Source: Nitrospirota bacterium
Lineage (GTDB): Bacteria; Nitrospirota; Nitrospiria; Nitrospirales; Nitrospiraceae
Length of the DNA: 64,000 bases
Assembly: GCA_963703955.1 (NCBI GenBank)
Contig: CAVPGK010000005.1
Location: forward strand, 1-64,000
Direction of reading: 5' to 3'
Of this stretch, positions 50,608-60,723 are shown in pieces. A program made the translations under genes and the position numbers. Numbering within the stretch: the stretch's first letter is position 1; each line of letters begins with the position of its first letter. The notes beneath the pieces are model-generated. The model was not told the DNA's origin. It searched no databases and saw only the letters and a list, made by a program, of their open reading frames with translations.

Positions 50608-52434
50608 TCACCGTCCTCGATGCGGTCGACGCCCTCTGCCGCGGCCACGGTAATGTTGACTGCGCGGCGGCGTGGGGAGCCGTATGATCAAGGCGGTTCC
50701 TTGACCGGGCCCGCTGGCGATGGAAATATGGCCTTGATGTTCTTCGACGATCTTTTTGACCGTGGCCAATCCAAGCCCAGTGCCGCTTCGTTTGGTGGTG
50801 AAATACGGCTCAAAGACTTTCCCGACGTGTTCCGTGGGAATCGGCACGCCGTCGTTTTGGATGGTGATCTGAAGGTGACTCCGGGCTGCCCGCTGTTGGG
50901 CGACTTCAATATGCAGATGTCCTCCCGGAGTCATGGCCTCCAGCGCATTCTTGAAGATACTGAGGAAGACCTGCTGCATTTTCCCTTCATCGCACCGCGC
51001 AGGGCTCAGGTTATCTCCATAATCCTTCGTGACGCGAATACGATTCACGTCCAACTCAGTGGCTACGACGGTCAGCGCGTTCTCAATAATCTCAGTGATC
51101 CGACAGGCGCGACGATTCAGGGCCAATGGTTTGGCGAAGTCGAGGATCTCGTGGAGAATCGCTTCGACTCGGATCAGGTCCCGCATGGCGTTCTCGACAC
51201 GGGTTTGCGAGTCGAAGTCCAGAATGCCCGCGCTGGTGACTTCTTCCAACTGAGCTCGAATCGATGCGAGCGGTTCGCGGACTTCCGTCGCCAGGAACGC
51301 GCTGAATTCGCCGATGGCTGCCTGGCGTTCTTGCTTTCTGATCAAAGGCTCCGAGGGAGGCTGCGTCGCTGGAACAGACGGCTTGTCTCCCGGCGTCTCG
51401 CCGGTGCGCGAGCCGACCGGAAAGCCGACTGGTCCCTGGATCAACTCCGCCAGTTTGGCGAGGAGCGGTTCCAAGGTGCGGACTTCGGGAAGACCGTATT
51501 GCATGGCCGTCTTCGAGGCTAATGCGACCGTTCCCCCAACCTGCCCACGCACAAAAAACGGCACGACCATCGCGGACTGGAAGCTATCCTTGTACAGAGG
51601 CTTGTGGTCCTGGAACCGCCCTTGGGTCGAGGCGAGATCGTGATCCACCCGTGGCTTGCGGTGACGGACAGCCCATCCGGACGCCGATGCGTCCAATGCC
51701 AAACGCTGGCCCGGCTTCAGGTCTTTCTTAGCGTCCCCCCGGTGCTCTCCCGACAGCCCGAGCACTTCCACTGCGCCGGCGATTGGATCGTACAGAGTGA
51801 TCCATCCGCGGTCGAACGGCATGGTCTCGGCCGTCTGATCCAATAGGGCCACGATCCGTTCCTGCATTTCAGGAGTGGCGTAGGAAGAGGGAGCGGCATA
51901 GACTTCCGGGCCGGTCGGAGGCGATGGAGAGATCGGTTCTTGAACCACCGGAGGACGACCGAGGATGACGGAACCGTCAAACAGAGAGGCACGCTCAAGC
52001 GAACTGGTGATCTGGTCGGCGGCGGCTTCGAGGAGACTCTTTTCCTTCTTGGAGAAGGCCGCCGATTCCTTTCTTCCAATCACGAGCATGCCGTACGCGC
52101 GCTGTTTATATCGGAGTGGGGCGGCAAGCAGGGACTTGGCGCCCGGGCTAATCATCCGGACCCGCACGGCTTTGAGTTCCACGTCTCCGCCTCCGTGAAC
52201 CTGACCGTTCTGGGCGGGAACGGCTCCTAATTCTTGCAGCGATAAGGCCCGCAGAATTGCCTGCACGTCTCGTGGCGAAAATCCGCGCGAACCTTGCGCC
52301 ACGAGGGGACCGTTGTCCCATTCGGCAATTGCGACCAGCGCGGCATCCAGGCCCAATTCGTTCAGGGCGGTCGTCAAGGTTTTGAGGAGCGTGCTCTGCT
52401 TTTCAGGCGTAGACTGCGCGATGGATCGTCCCAT
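50608..52434 (-). CDS. GAF-GAF-HisKA-like-HATPase protein lacking the phospho-His
   Basis: H-box reads LATEVREPL; KNALEAM, FTTK, GTGLGL retained. Confidence 0.85.
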   Translation of the reverse strand: MGRSIAQSTPEKQSTLLKTLTTALNELGLDAALVAIAEWDNGPLVAQGSRGFSPRDVQAILRALSLQELGAVPAQNGQVHGGGDVELKAVRVRMISPGAKSLLAAPLRYKQRAYGMLVIGRKESAAFSKKEKSLLEAAADQITSSLERASLFDGSVILGRPPVVQEPISPSPPTGPEVYAAPSSYATPEMQERIVALLDQTAETMPFDRGWITLYDPIAGAVEVLGLSGEHRGDAKKDLKPGQRLALDASASGWAVRHRKPRVDHDLASTQGRFQDHKPLYKDSFQSAMVVPFFVRGQVGGTVALASKTAMQYGLPEVRTLEPLLAKLAELIQGPVGFPVGSRTGETPGDKPSVPATQPPSEPLIRKQERQAAIGEFSAFLATEVREPLASIRAQLEEVTSAGILDFDSQTRVENAMRDLIRVEAILHEILDFAKPLALNRRACRITEIIENALTVVATELDVNRIRVTKDYGDNLSPARCDEGKMQQVFLSIFKNALEAMTPGGHLHIEVAQQRAARSHLQITIQNDGVPIPTEHVGKVFEPYFTTKRSGTGLGLATVKKIVEEHQGHISIASGPGQGTALIIRLPTPPRSQHYRGRGRGRRPHRGR

Positions 52435-52486
52435 CCTGGGGCTCCTTGAGCTGGCGGAGCGATTGTAGCAACGGGGGAGGGTGATT

Positions 52487-52882
52487 TCAATTGACGATTC
52501 GCGGAGGCCGTGACCGAGGGGTCACAATTTCCAACCGCCCCTGTTCGGAGACCCACAGGTTCAAAATTGTACTCACCACACTGATCACGACCGCTCCCCA
52601 AAACGATGTCCAGAATCCGGTGACATGAAATCCTTTCACGAGGGCTGAGACGAGATGCAGCAGCAAGGCATTGATCACGATCATGAACAATCCCAACGTG
52701 AGCACGATGAGAGGCAACGAAAACAGATAGAGAATCGGACGGACCAGCGCATTCAACAGCGCGAGAATGATGGCTGCGGCGATGCCCGCCCCCACCGTCT
52801 CCAGCTCGATACCGGGAATGATTTGGGCGGCGAGGAACACCGCCACGCCGGTGATGACAAAACGGATGAAAACGCCTTTCAT
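52487..52882 (-). CDS. YvlD-type 4-TM membrane protein (phage holin family 4)
   Basis: LNALVRPIL..SLP..LTLGLF..VINA. Confidence 0.85.
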   Translation of the reverse strand: MKGVFIRFVITGVAVFLAAQIIPGIELETVGAGIAAAIILALLNALVRPILYLFSLPLIVLTLGLFMIVINALLLHLVSALVKGFHVTGFWTSFWGAVVISVVSTILNLWVSEQGRLEIVTPRSRPPRIVN

Positions 52883-53082
52883 GCTCCTCTTTCGGCAATC
52901 AGTTTCTTCCGAGACACCCCCGTGAGGATACTCAAGAAGGTTCAAGTACACCCCGATCCTGCCAAGAAAGCCCCGCTACTTTCTCACCCGCCCACCCTGA
53001 GCTCGCCAAGACCCACTCCTCACCCATGAGTGCGCGCCCTTCCCTCGAGCGAGTACTTTCTTTGCTTGGGAGGTGATGCGTC

Positions 53083-54192
53083 TTACCCGGTTGCGACGGC
53101 GAGATCCACACTAGCCTGCCGCTTGGTGATCTTGTCGTTCGGGTCGTAGTTCGCCACGATCTCTTTCTGGGCGCCTTTGGCCGATATGACGATCTTGGTG
53201 CCGGAATCCTCGTTATGTAGATGGAGGAAGATCTCGTAGTATCCTTCCTGATTCGTCTTCGCGCTGCCGGCATGGGCATGTTCCTTGATCGGCTTCGCTT
53301 GAACTTCGATGTCCGAGATCGGCTTGCCAGTTCCGTCTCGGACGTAGCCATATACGATGAATCCATGCTCTACTTTGGTTTTCACGAAGATCGGCTTCGG
53401 CGTTTCCACGGCAGGATTCTTGAGCGTGCTGAGATAGGACGCCAACGCATCGAGTTCTTCTTCGGTCATCAGTTCCTTGTACTTATCCGGCATGACGCCT
53501 TTCTTGTGTTCTTTTTCGAACCCTTCGGCGTAGAGATACGCGATATCGAATACCTTTTTCTTGATGTCGTCCTTGGTCATCAAATTCCCGATGTTGTCCA
53601 ACACCGGACCTCGCTTCTTGACGCTGCCCTTTCCTCCGATCTTGTGGCAGTTGTAGCATTCGTGCAGTTCGTAGACCTCCATTCCTCGGGCGAGCAAGGT
53701 CATGCCGCCGCCTGAAGACGCCGGGTTTTCACTGTCGGCCGCGGCCGTCGTCGTCGCGGGCGTGAATCGGTTTAGTCGGGTCAGCAGCGATTGCGCTTTC
53801 GCTTCTTGCTCCTTGGCTTGCTTGACCAACTCATCCAGGTTCCCCACGTCGTGTTCGGCCTTCGCGCGTTTCGCCTTCAAGAGTTTCTCGATCTTCCCTT
53901 TTTCATCGTCCGGATCGAATTGCGGCAAGGCACCGGCGCCGAAAATGTAGACTGCCGATAGGACCACGTAGAATCCGATCAGCACGAGGCCGGCCTTGAG
54001 TCCTGAGAGGCGGGGCAGAGGGGGGGCGTCCAACAACAAAAAAATTCCCAGACCTAGCGCCGCGTACAGAGCAAACATAACCTGGAAAACCCGCGGGAAC
54101 CCCAAGACCCCGCTGCCGACCCAGGCAATCACTGCGATCACTGTCGCAATGATCACCTTTCGAATCACTCCACCGATAGGATTGCTCGCCAT
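53083..54192 (-). CDS. Membrane-anchored mono-haem c-type cytochrome with a C-terminal beta domain
   Basis: 3 TMs, CYNCH, GP.L, MP axial Met. Confidence 0.85.
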   Translation of the reverse strand: MASNPIGGVIRKVIIATVIAVIAWVGSGVLGFPRVFQVMFALYAALGLGIFLLLDAPPLPRLSGLKAGLVLIGFYVVLSAVYIFGAGALPQFDPDDEKGKIEKLLKAKRAKAEHDVGNLDELVKQAKEQEAKAQSLLTRLNRFTPATTTAAADSENPASSGGGMTLLARGMEVYELHECYNCHKIGGKGSVKKRGPVLDNIGNLMTKDDIKKKVFDIAYLYAEGFEKEHKKGVMPDKYKELMTEEELDALASYLSTLKNPAVETPKPIFVKTKVEHGFIVYGYVRDGTGKPISDIEVQAKPIKEHAHAGSAKTNQEGYYEIFLHLHNEDSGTKIVISAKGAQKEIVANYDPNDKITKRQASVDLAVATG

Positions 54193-54482
54193 GGCTGCTT
54201 TCTCCCAATTACTCCCACCCGCCCCAGGCCAGGGAAATGGTTTCAGCGGCTACTTCATCCTCCTGATCCCAAGGCGTCTTTTCACCGGATGCTTCACCCC
54301 CTAACTGCGCCGAGTGAACGCGCCCCTTCCTTCATTTGCACCCGCCCAGCCCCGGGCGCGCCAAGACGCGCCCTTTCCCGGTGACCCGTGACAGAGCCTC
54401 TCAGTGCAGTATACAGGGTCTCCGGTTCGATCTCCAAGAACTGCGAGACGAGTCTTCCTCTATACACCACTCATCTTTGCGA

Positions 54483-55301
54483 TCAAAGTTTGACGGCGGG
54501 ATTGAGTCGGTTTCCGAGCCGCAGGATGGCGAGGGCGGTAATTGGAAGATAGATGAAAATGCCAGCCAGCCCGATCAGCGGTTCATTGATCCAAAACGTC
54601 ATCATCAAGTTGAAGATCACCACACCGTAGTAGAGCCCGCACCCCAGGAGAATTTTTCCTGTGACAGGCTGATCACCCTGTTGGCTCGGGGAGGGAAGTC
54701 GGCGGTCCATCGTGAAATAAATGGTCAGGGCGATCAGGCCCACCACGGCCCATCCGACGTAGTTGCCCAAGGGCACGCCGAAATGGATCCCGGGATCAGG
54801 ATAGTAATAGATCCGGCCCAGGAACCACCGGTCACCGCGGAGCGCCACGGGATCAATGATCATATCAAAGAAGGTGAAGAGAACAACCGTCAATCCCAGA
54901 ACAGACCAGGATGTGCGGACGTCGCGATCGAACAGCAATCTCAGGCTGGGAAATGACCGAGTATGTCTCTCCACCGGTCGTGCGGGCAAGAGAAACAGGA
55001 GCGAGAGACAGTAGCTCGCGTAGAGGAGGAAGGTGAAGGAAAGCGAGTCCATGAACGGCACATTGAAGAGGTAAAGTTCCTGCCCGATCGTCGAACCCGT
55101 GTAGTGGTACCAGCCGAACGGAATCCCGGTTCGGGTCGAGGAGAACTCGCACACGAAGGCCGTGATCCACGTGATGAAAAAGAACAGTCCCGTCTTCCGC
55201 CACCCGAGCAATCGGCTGGCTGAAAAAAGAAACACGGCGAGAAAGAGGAAAACGTAGGGCCGAAGGACAATGGTCTTGAGGAGGAGCTCGAAGGTCTTCA
55301 C
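54483..55301 (-). CDS. CruF-like membrane protein (carotenoid-biosynthesis/hydratase family)
   Basis: E..S.RTG.PFG.Y.Y, D..IDP.A, FGVPL.NY.GW. Confidence 0.8.
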   Translation of the reverse strand: MKTFELLLKTIVLRPYVFLFLAVFLFSASRLLGWRKTGLFFFITWITAFVCEFSSTRTGIPFGWYHYTGSTIGQELYLFNVPFMDSLSFTFLLYASYCLSLLFLLPARPVERHTRSFPSLRLLFDRDVRTSWSVLGLTVVLFTFFDMIIDPVALRGDRWFLGRIYYYPDPGIHFGVPLGNYVGWAVVGLIALTIYFTMDRRLPSPSQQGDQPVTGKILLGCGLYYGVVIFNLMMTFWINEPLIGLAGIFIYLPITALAILRLGNRLNPAVKL

Positions 55302-55314
55302 GAGGTGTCAGTGC

Positions 55315-55415
55315 TCAGCAATCAGCGTACAGCAAGTGCAGTGATGGTTTGGAAGATCTGCAGGATCTTCCGTCGCATTTCGCATTCCTTGCTGAAGGCT
55401 GAAAGCTGACTGCTG
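55315..55415. repeat. Inverted heptamer arrays (TCAGC.. / GCTGA..)
   Basis: tcagcaa tcagcgt acagc ... gctgaag gctgaaa gctgact gctg. Confidence 0.6.
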
Positions 55416-55420
55416 CTTTG

Positions 55421-56407
55421 TTACACGTATCTGTGGTCCTTGAACCATCGGACCGCCTTCTCCAGCGCCGTTTCCACCGGAGTCTGTGGAAGGTCCAGCT
55501 CCCGGCGCGCTTTGCTACAGTCATAATGCATGCGGTATTTGGCCATTCGGACACCTTCCAAGGGAATCCGAGGCGGCCGATGGGTCAGAAAGTCAGCGAC
55601 CCACCGGTTCGCGTAGGCCAACGGTAAAACGGCTTGCCAGGGTAATTTGACGCGAGGCGCCGGGACACCGGTCAGCCGCCCGAGGATCTCGAAAATTTCG
55701 CGAAGCGACAGATTCCGATTCCCCAGTATGTAGCGTTCCCCGGTGCGTCCCCGTTCCATCGCACGCAGGTGACCGACGGCCACATCGTCCACATCCACCA
55801 GATTCATCCCAGTTTCGATGTACGCCCACATGCGCCCTTTCATGAAATCCACGATGATTTGACCGGTCGGGGTGGGTTTGACGTCTCCTTCGCCGACCGG
55901 GGCGGTGGGATTGACGATCACCACGGGCAGGCCTTCTTGAGCGAGTTTCATGACCTCTTGTTCGGCCAGGTACTTGGAGCGCTTATAATCCCCCGCCATC
56001 TGCGAGAGCGAAACGGGGGTCTCCTCCGTTCCCGCGCCTCCGCCCGACGGCAATCCAATCGCGCCGATCGTGCTGGTGTAGACGATTCGCTCGATGCCCA
56101 CCTCGCGGGCGGTCTCCAGCAGCGCTCGTGTCCCGGTCACATTGACCTCATAGAAAATCGCCGGATTCTTGGCCCACAGCGCGTAATGGGCCGCCACATG
56201 GTACAGGTGCCGGCAATCGACGAGGGCCCGCCGAAGAGAATCACGATCGCGTAGCTCGCCGTGAACCGGTTCGATCTTGAGCCTTCCCAGGTTGCGAAGG
56301 TCGCTGTTGGGTCGAACCAGCGCGCGCACATCCGCACCGGCTGCGACTAGGGCGCGGGCGACCGCGGCTCCCACGAATCCGGTTGCGCCGGTGACCAATG
56401 CTTTCAT
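55421..56407 (-). CDS. hpnA: Hopanoid-associated NAD-dependent epimerase/dehydratase
   Basis: TGATGFVG, HVAAHY.LW, YKRSK, NPTAPVG..DVKPTPTG. Confidence 0.85.
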   Translation of the reverse strand: MKALVTGATGFVGAAVARALVAAGADVRALVRPNSDLRNLGRLKIEPVHGELRDRDSLRRALVDCRHLYHVAAHYALWAKNPAIFYEVNVTGTRALLETAREVGIERIVYTSTIGAIGLPSGGGAGTEETPVSLSQMAGDYKRSKYLAEQEVMKLAQEGLPVVIVNPTAPVGEGDVKPTPTGQIIVDFMKGRMWAYIETGMNLVDVDDVAVGHLRAMERGRTGERYILGNRNLSLREIFEILGRLTGVPAPRVKLPWQAVLPLAYANRWVADFLTHRPPRIPLEGVRMAKYRMHYDCSKARRELDLPQTPVETALEKAVRWFKDHRYV

Positions 56408-56431
56408 GCGTCATCCTGAATCAATTTACTG

Positions 56432-56687
56432 AGCGGGTGTTCAAAGGCCATTATTTTCACCCACCCAGCCCCGGCGCGCCAAGACGCGCGCGTTTTACCG
56501 AGCGCGGCCGCAGGCGAGAAAGAACTGGAAGGGCACCCTCGGGGCGCATGGTGCGACGAATAAGGAGCCTCACGTTTGCGCACGCCCGCGAGCCGGTGAG
56601 CGGGCAGTGTCTTCGTCAGGCGGCAGGGGCCCCGTAGAGGACTTTGGCGAGCCGAGAACGAAGCTGGGGGCCTTTCCAGCACCTGCT
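56432..56687. mobile_element. Non-autonomous MITE-like element
   Basis: Imperfect terminal inverted repeats AGCGGGTGTTCAAAGG / CCTTTCCAGCACCTGCT; internal parts recur at 59059-59151, 58450-58520, 60596-60637, 54336-54378, 52980-53011. Confidence 0.7.
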
Positions 56688-57576
56688 AATTCCGGCGCGA
56701 CGTGATGTACTTGGCCAGTTCTCTCAGCGGGTCTGCCTTTCCGTCGAACGTCGACACCCGGCTGATGGCGCGGTCCATGCAGTCATCCGCGAGGCGACGG
56801 GCTCCGTCCACACCGCAAAAGGTCGGATAGGTTTTCTTGCCGCGCTGGGCGTCGGTATTGGCGTTCTTACCGAGTTCCTCACGGGTCCCCGTCACGTTCA
56901 AGACATCATCCGCTATCTGGAACGCGAGTCCGACATCCTCGGCGTACTTGGTCAACTGGTTCAGTTGGGAAAGTGTCGCAGACGCCACGATGGCGCCCAT
57001 CCGCACCGCCGCGCGGATGAGCATGCCGGTCTTGTGCGTATGGATCGTCTGGAGTGTGTGCAGATCGATCGCCTTATTCTCGGCCTGAATGTCGAGGACT
57101 TGCCCGCCGACCATTCCGAGGTGGCCCGATCCCGACGCGAGTTCACGGATGATGAGCACCTGCCGAGCCGGATCGAGGCCTTCGACCAACTCCGACCGGC
57201 TGCAGAGATCGAATGCCAAGGTCAGGAGCGCGTCGCCGGCAAGGATGGCCATCGCTTCACCGTAGACCTTATGGTTAGTCGGCTTTCCGCGGCGATAGTC
57301 ATCGTTGTCCATGGCCGGCAGGTCGTCGTGGATGAGCGAATAGGTGTGAATCAATTCGAGCGACGAGGCGATCGGAAGGATCGCCTTCGTCGGCGGGCCG
57401 ATTGCTTCAGCCGCGGCGATCGCTAAAATGGGACGAACCCGTTTCCCTCCAGCGAACAGGCTGTAGCGCATGGCTTCATGCAGTGTGGTGGGAGATATCT
57501 TCGCGTCGGGAAGGACCCGATCAAGGAACTGATCGACTTCCTCGCGCTTTTGATCCAGGTACCCGGCGATATCCAT
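56686..57576 (-). CDS. ispA: Polyprenyl (farnesyl) diphosphate synthase
   Basis: GGKRVRP, DDLPAMD..RRGKPT, GQ..D, KTG, FQIADD. Confidence 0.95.
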   Translation of the reverse strand: MDIAGYLDQKREEVDQFLDRVLPDAKISPTTLHEAMRYSLFAGGKRVRPILAIAAAEAIGPPTKAILPIASSLELIHTYSLIHDDLPAMDNDDYRRGKPTNHKVYGEAMAILAGDALLTLAFDLCSRSELVEGLDPARQVLIIRELASGSGHLGMVGGQVLDIQAENKAIDLHTLQTIHTHKTGMLIRAAVRMGAIVASATLSQLNQLTKYAEDVGLAFQIADDVLNVTGTREELGKNANTDAQRGKKTYPTFCGVDGARRLADDCMDRAISRVSTFDGKADPLRELAKYITSRRN

Positions 57577-57789
57577 GGACGGTGCGTGTTTCTCCGTTCA
57601 ATGTAACGGGGCGAGAGAGTAACAAACCGGAGGACACGAGGCAAGGGGGCACGGCGCAGCAATGCTCGAGGGCCACCTCGCCTCGAACCGCTGGCCTCGC
57701 GCATGACCGCTGCGACTTGTTATTTTGCAGCAGCCTTCGGTATACTCCGCCTCATGAGTATTCGAAAAGCGGGCGGTGAGTGGGAGTCC

Positions 57790-58029
57790 ATGCTGTTGGG
57801 CATTGAGCCTCGGACCTGTAAGGTCTGTGGGAAGGGGCTGTACCGAAATGTAACCATGTTTCGAGGTGGCTGGTCGCGTTGCACGAAGTGTGATGAGTTC
57901 GTGCATTACAGCTGTTTGGCCAACGGCAGCGTATCATTTCTGAAGCGCCGTCCCCGTGTCTGCAAATTCTGCCTGGCCGAGAAAGCGGCTCCGCCGGCTC
58001 AACCCGTCGACACAGCGGTTGGAACGTGA
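57790..58029 (+). CDS. Small C4HC3 (PHD-like) zinc-finger protein
   Basis: CKVC-x17-CTKC-x4-H-x2-C-x15-CKFC; GGGAG RBS; GTGA-coupled to the next gene. Confidence 0.75.
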   Translation: MLLGIEPRTCKVCGKGLYRNVTMFRGGWSRCTKCDEFVHYSCLANGSVSFLKRRPRVCKFCLAEKAAPPAQPVDTAVGT

Positions 58030-58391
58030 GGCCGGACGCTCACTCTGATGCTTCCCCCAGCACGGACGCCACGATCTGGCATGCCCGATTTGCCGAGGCG
58101 GTTCGGCTCGTGATCGCTCCTCTCATTCTCTTCAGCAGCGGATTTTTCACAACCGATTTTCTGCTGAGCGGTATGTACACATGGCCGCGAACGAGCCGGG
58201 TCGTGGCCCTGATCATCACCGTGCTCGTCCTTTCATATGAATTCGTTTACAAGGAACAGCGGGTGCGTTTTCCGCAGCGTTCTCACGACGATCGGATGAA
58301 GATTCTCCTCTATTCCTGTGTCATTCCATGTAGCCTGGGCGTGCTGGCGCTACTCGGCCTGGTTCGTCTCGCATCCTTAGGGGGACGCTGA
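58026..58391 (+). CDS. Hypothetical 3-TM membrane protein
   Basis: Hydrophobic segments, coupled start. Confidence 0.7.
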   Translation: MRPDAHSDASPSTDATIWHARFAEAVRLVIAPLILFSSGFFTTDFLLSGMYTWPRTSRVVALIITVLVLSYEFVYKEQRVRFPQRSHDDRMKILLYSCVIPCSLGVLALLGLVRLASLGGR

Positions 58392-58657
58392 AAAGGTGCC
58401 CGGCTTTGTTGTCGTCTCGGCGAGATCCTCAGCGGAGGACCCGGACTACGAAGGCACTGCCCGCTCCCCGGCTCGAGGGCGTGCAATCGTGAGGTTCCTT
58501 ATTCATCGCCTTGGGCACCTCCCCGGCGCGCACAGTGGAAATTGGGTGGGTACCATGACGGGTGAAATGCGCGTCCAGGGTGGGCGAAGGCGAGAGCAGC
58601 TTTTTGAGCATCCTAGGAATGCAAGCAGCTTGAGGTTTGTCCTTCGAATGAACTCGT

Positions 58658-59020
58658 ATGCCGGTCTATAGGAGCGGCGCATTTATTCAGCAGTGCTTCT
58701 CAGTTCACCCACTCTGTTTGAATATCAAGAAACTGGCATTGCCGGAGCAGGTGATTCTGTCGTGCACTTCCTGCAATCTGAGCCATCGACTGACCGTGCG
58801 CTCGTGCACCGTGTATGAGCCGTCCGTCCCAAAGACCGGATCGGAGAAGAACAGCGGCCGTTCACCGGTGGAGTGTCTCACGTCGTGTGTGGATGGGCAT
58901 CGAGCGGCGATCGGGGTGTCTACCATGGACGTCCTACAGGAATTCGTCGGCTTTCGATGCCACGACTGTCGCCTGACATTCGGGTTGGATGTTTCTCTCT
59001 TCGAAACCCACCAACGATAA
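58658..59020 (+). CDS. Cys/His-rich protein with two C-x3-H..CxxC units
   Basis: CFSVH-x18-CTSC and CVDGH-x19-CHDC. Confidence 0.7.
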   Translation: MPVYRSGAFIQQCFSVHPLCLNIKKLALPEQVILSCTSCNLSHRLTVRSCTVYEPSVPKTGSEKNSGRSPVECLTSCVDGHRAAIGVSTMDVLQEFVGFRCHDCRLTFGLDVSLFETHQR

Positions 59021-59058
59021 CAAGACGCAGAAAGAGGCGCCGAACCTTGTTCAAGACA

Positions 59059-59151
59059 CTACGGTGTCCTGCCGCCTCACAAGACACTGCCCGCTCACCG
59101 AGTCGCGGCGTGCGCAAACGTGGCGCTCTTTATTCATTGCGCTGTGTGCCC
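59059..59151. repeat. Inverted partial copy of the MITE-like element
   Basis: Matches the reverse complement of about 56541-56637. Confidence 0.8.
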
Positions 59152-59182
59152 ACAACGTAGCCATGGGAAAGAGCCGGTCTTG

Positions 59183-59806
59183 ATGATGAGAGAGTCCACT
59201 CGTTTGACCTCGGAGGAGATTGGCTTAATAGCTGATGTCGAGTTTTTTCGGACCAAGGCGCGGATCATGAAAAAGGTGCGAAGCGTGTTGGACGAGCTCC
59301 ATGCCGGATTGCAAGAGGAACTGAGGGGAGTCGACTTGCTGGCGCCGGTTGGGTTTGACCGGAAGAAGTTTCAGTTCGTCAAAGGGGAACACTTGGAGGA
59401 CTATCCCTACCAGTATCTGGATTTCCCCAAGCATTATGAAGGGGACGAGAAGTTTGCGTTTCGTTCGCTGTTCTGGTGGGGCCATCACTTCGTCTTTGCC
59501 TTGATTCTTGAAGGGGAAGGACTCCTACGCTACAAACAGAATCTGATCAACCGCTACCATCTGGTCGCCGGCCGCGACCTCTATCTTTCCCTTGGGCCTT
59601 CACTGTGGGAGTGGAAACGCGGGGAGGGCTATACGATGCCGCTGACCCATGATCGTAAGTCCCAGGTGTCGGCGGTATTGTCTGGGCGCCGGTTCTTCAA
59701 GCTGGGCCGGTTTGTCTCTCATGAAGACCCTGTGGTGGCGGAGGGTCGCCTTGCCGACATCGGGCGGGAAGTACTTCGGTCACTACTCCCGGTGATCACC
59801 TCCTGA
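59183..59806 (+). CDS. Hypothetical protein
   Basis: Globular ORF with KGE.L..YPYQYLDFP and FRSLFWWGH motifs. Confidence 0.75.
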   Translation: MMRESTRLTSEEIGLIADVEFFRTKARIMKKVRSVLDELHAGLQEELRGVDLLAPVGFDRKKFQFVKGEHLEDYPYQYLDFPKHYEGDEKFAFRSLFWWGHHFVFALILEGEGLLRYKQNLINRYHLVAGRDLYLSLGPSLWEWKRGEGYTMPLTHDRKSQVSAVLSGRRFFKLGRFVSHEDPVVAEGRLADIGREVLRSLLPVITS

Positions 59807-59920
59807 TCTGGGACCTTTCGAGGCCGCTAGCATTCACCGTCGAATTTCATTAGACTCCAGCAACCATCCGGGTCGAATTGAGATCTGACCCATCTTTGCT
59901 CACTTGCCAAGGAGGTTCTC

Positions 59921-60565
59921 GTGAACAAGTATGCGCTGTCGTGGGTATTGACAATCGGGCTCGGATTGTCCGTCGTGAGCGGTTGCGCAGGAACGGGTGA
60001 GGTCGTCGCGCTCGATGTGGGAGCGATTCCCTCGAAACCCCAGCCGGGTCCTCAAAAGGACGAGATGAAAGCGCTGATCATGACATTTGAAGACGAACGG
60101 CCCGAAAAGGGAACGATCGGGTATCGCACACATCTCGGGGGCGGCCGCACGTATTTTACCGTGGCGAACAATAAGGCAGGTGATGTGGTAGCCCAAGCCC
60201 TGTCCGATTACTTAAACCAAAAGGGGTGGAAGACATGGGTCAGCCGCGCAGGAGGCCCGGTCGTCGCCAATCCCGGTGGAGGGCTGGATGTCACCTTGAC
60301 CGGACAGGTACTGGAGTTGTCTGCCAACGCCAAGAGCAAGTTCGGCTCGACCGACATTAGGACGAAGACGAGGGTGAACATCCAGGCGCAGAACGCCCGT
60401 GACGGCAGCGTCGCACGCATGACCTTGAATGGCTCGCGGTCTGAGAGTGTGTTTTGGTTTGAGCCGGAGGCTATGGAGGAGGCCATCAACCGGATGCTGA
60501 AGGAGAGCGTCGAGCGGCTACTTGCCGACGCGAAAATTGAAAACCGGATGCTCCAGGTGCAATAG
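59921..60565 (+). CDS. YajG-like lipoprotein
   Basis: Lipobox VSG-C, FEDERP; AGGAGG RBS. Confidence 0.75.
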   Translation: MNKYALSWVLTIGLGLSVVSGCAGTGEVVALDVGAIPSKPQPGPQKDEMKALIMTFEDERPEKGTIGYRTHLGGGRTYFTVANNKAGDVVAQALSDYLNQKGWKTWVSRAGGPVVANPGGGLDVTLTGQVLELSANAKSKFGSTDIRTKTRVNIQAQNARDGSVARMTLNGSRSESVFWFEPEAMEEAINRMLKESVERLLADAKIENRMLQVQ

Positions 60566-60723
60566 AAAAGGGGAGGCGGTCAGACCGCGCTTCGGCCGGC
60601 TCACCGAGTCGCTGGCCTGCGCAAACGTGACGCTCCGCCTAGGGATAGGGAGAGTGAGGGTGCGTGAAATGCCGGCTAGGGCAGGTGGGTGAACCGGATA
60701 GAGAGAGATAAAAAGTACTAGCA

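Noticed and set aside
52487..52882. Prophage inferred from the holin-family gene
   Set aside because: YvlD-type genes are common chromosomal genes and no phage genes are nearby
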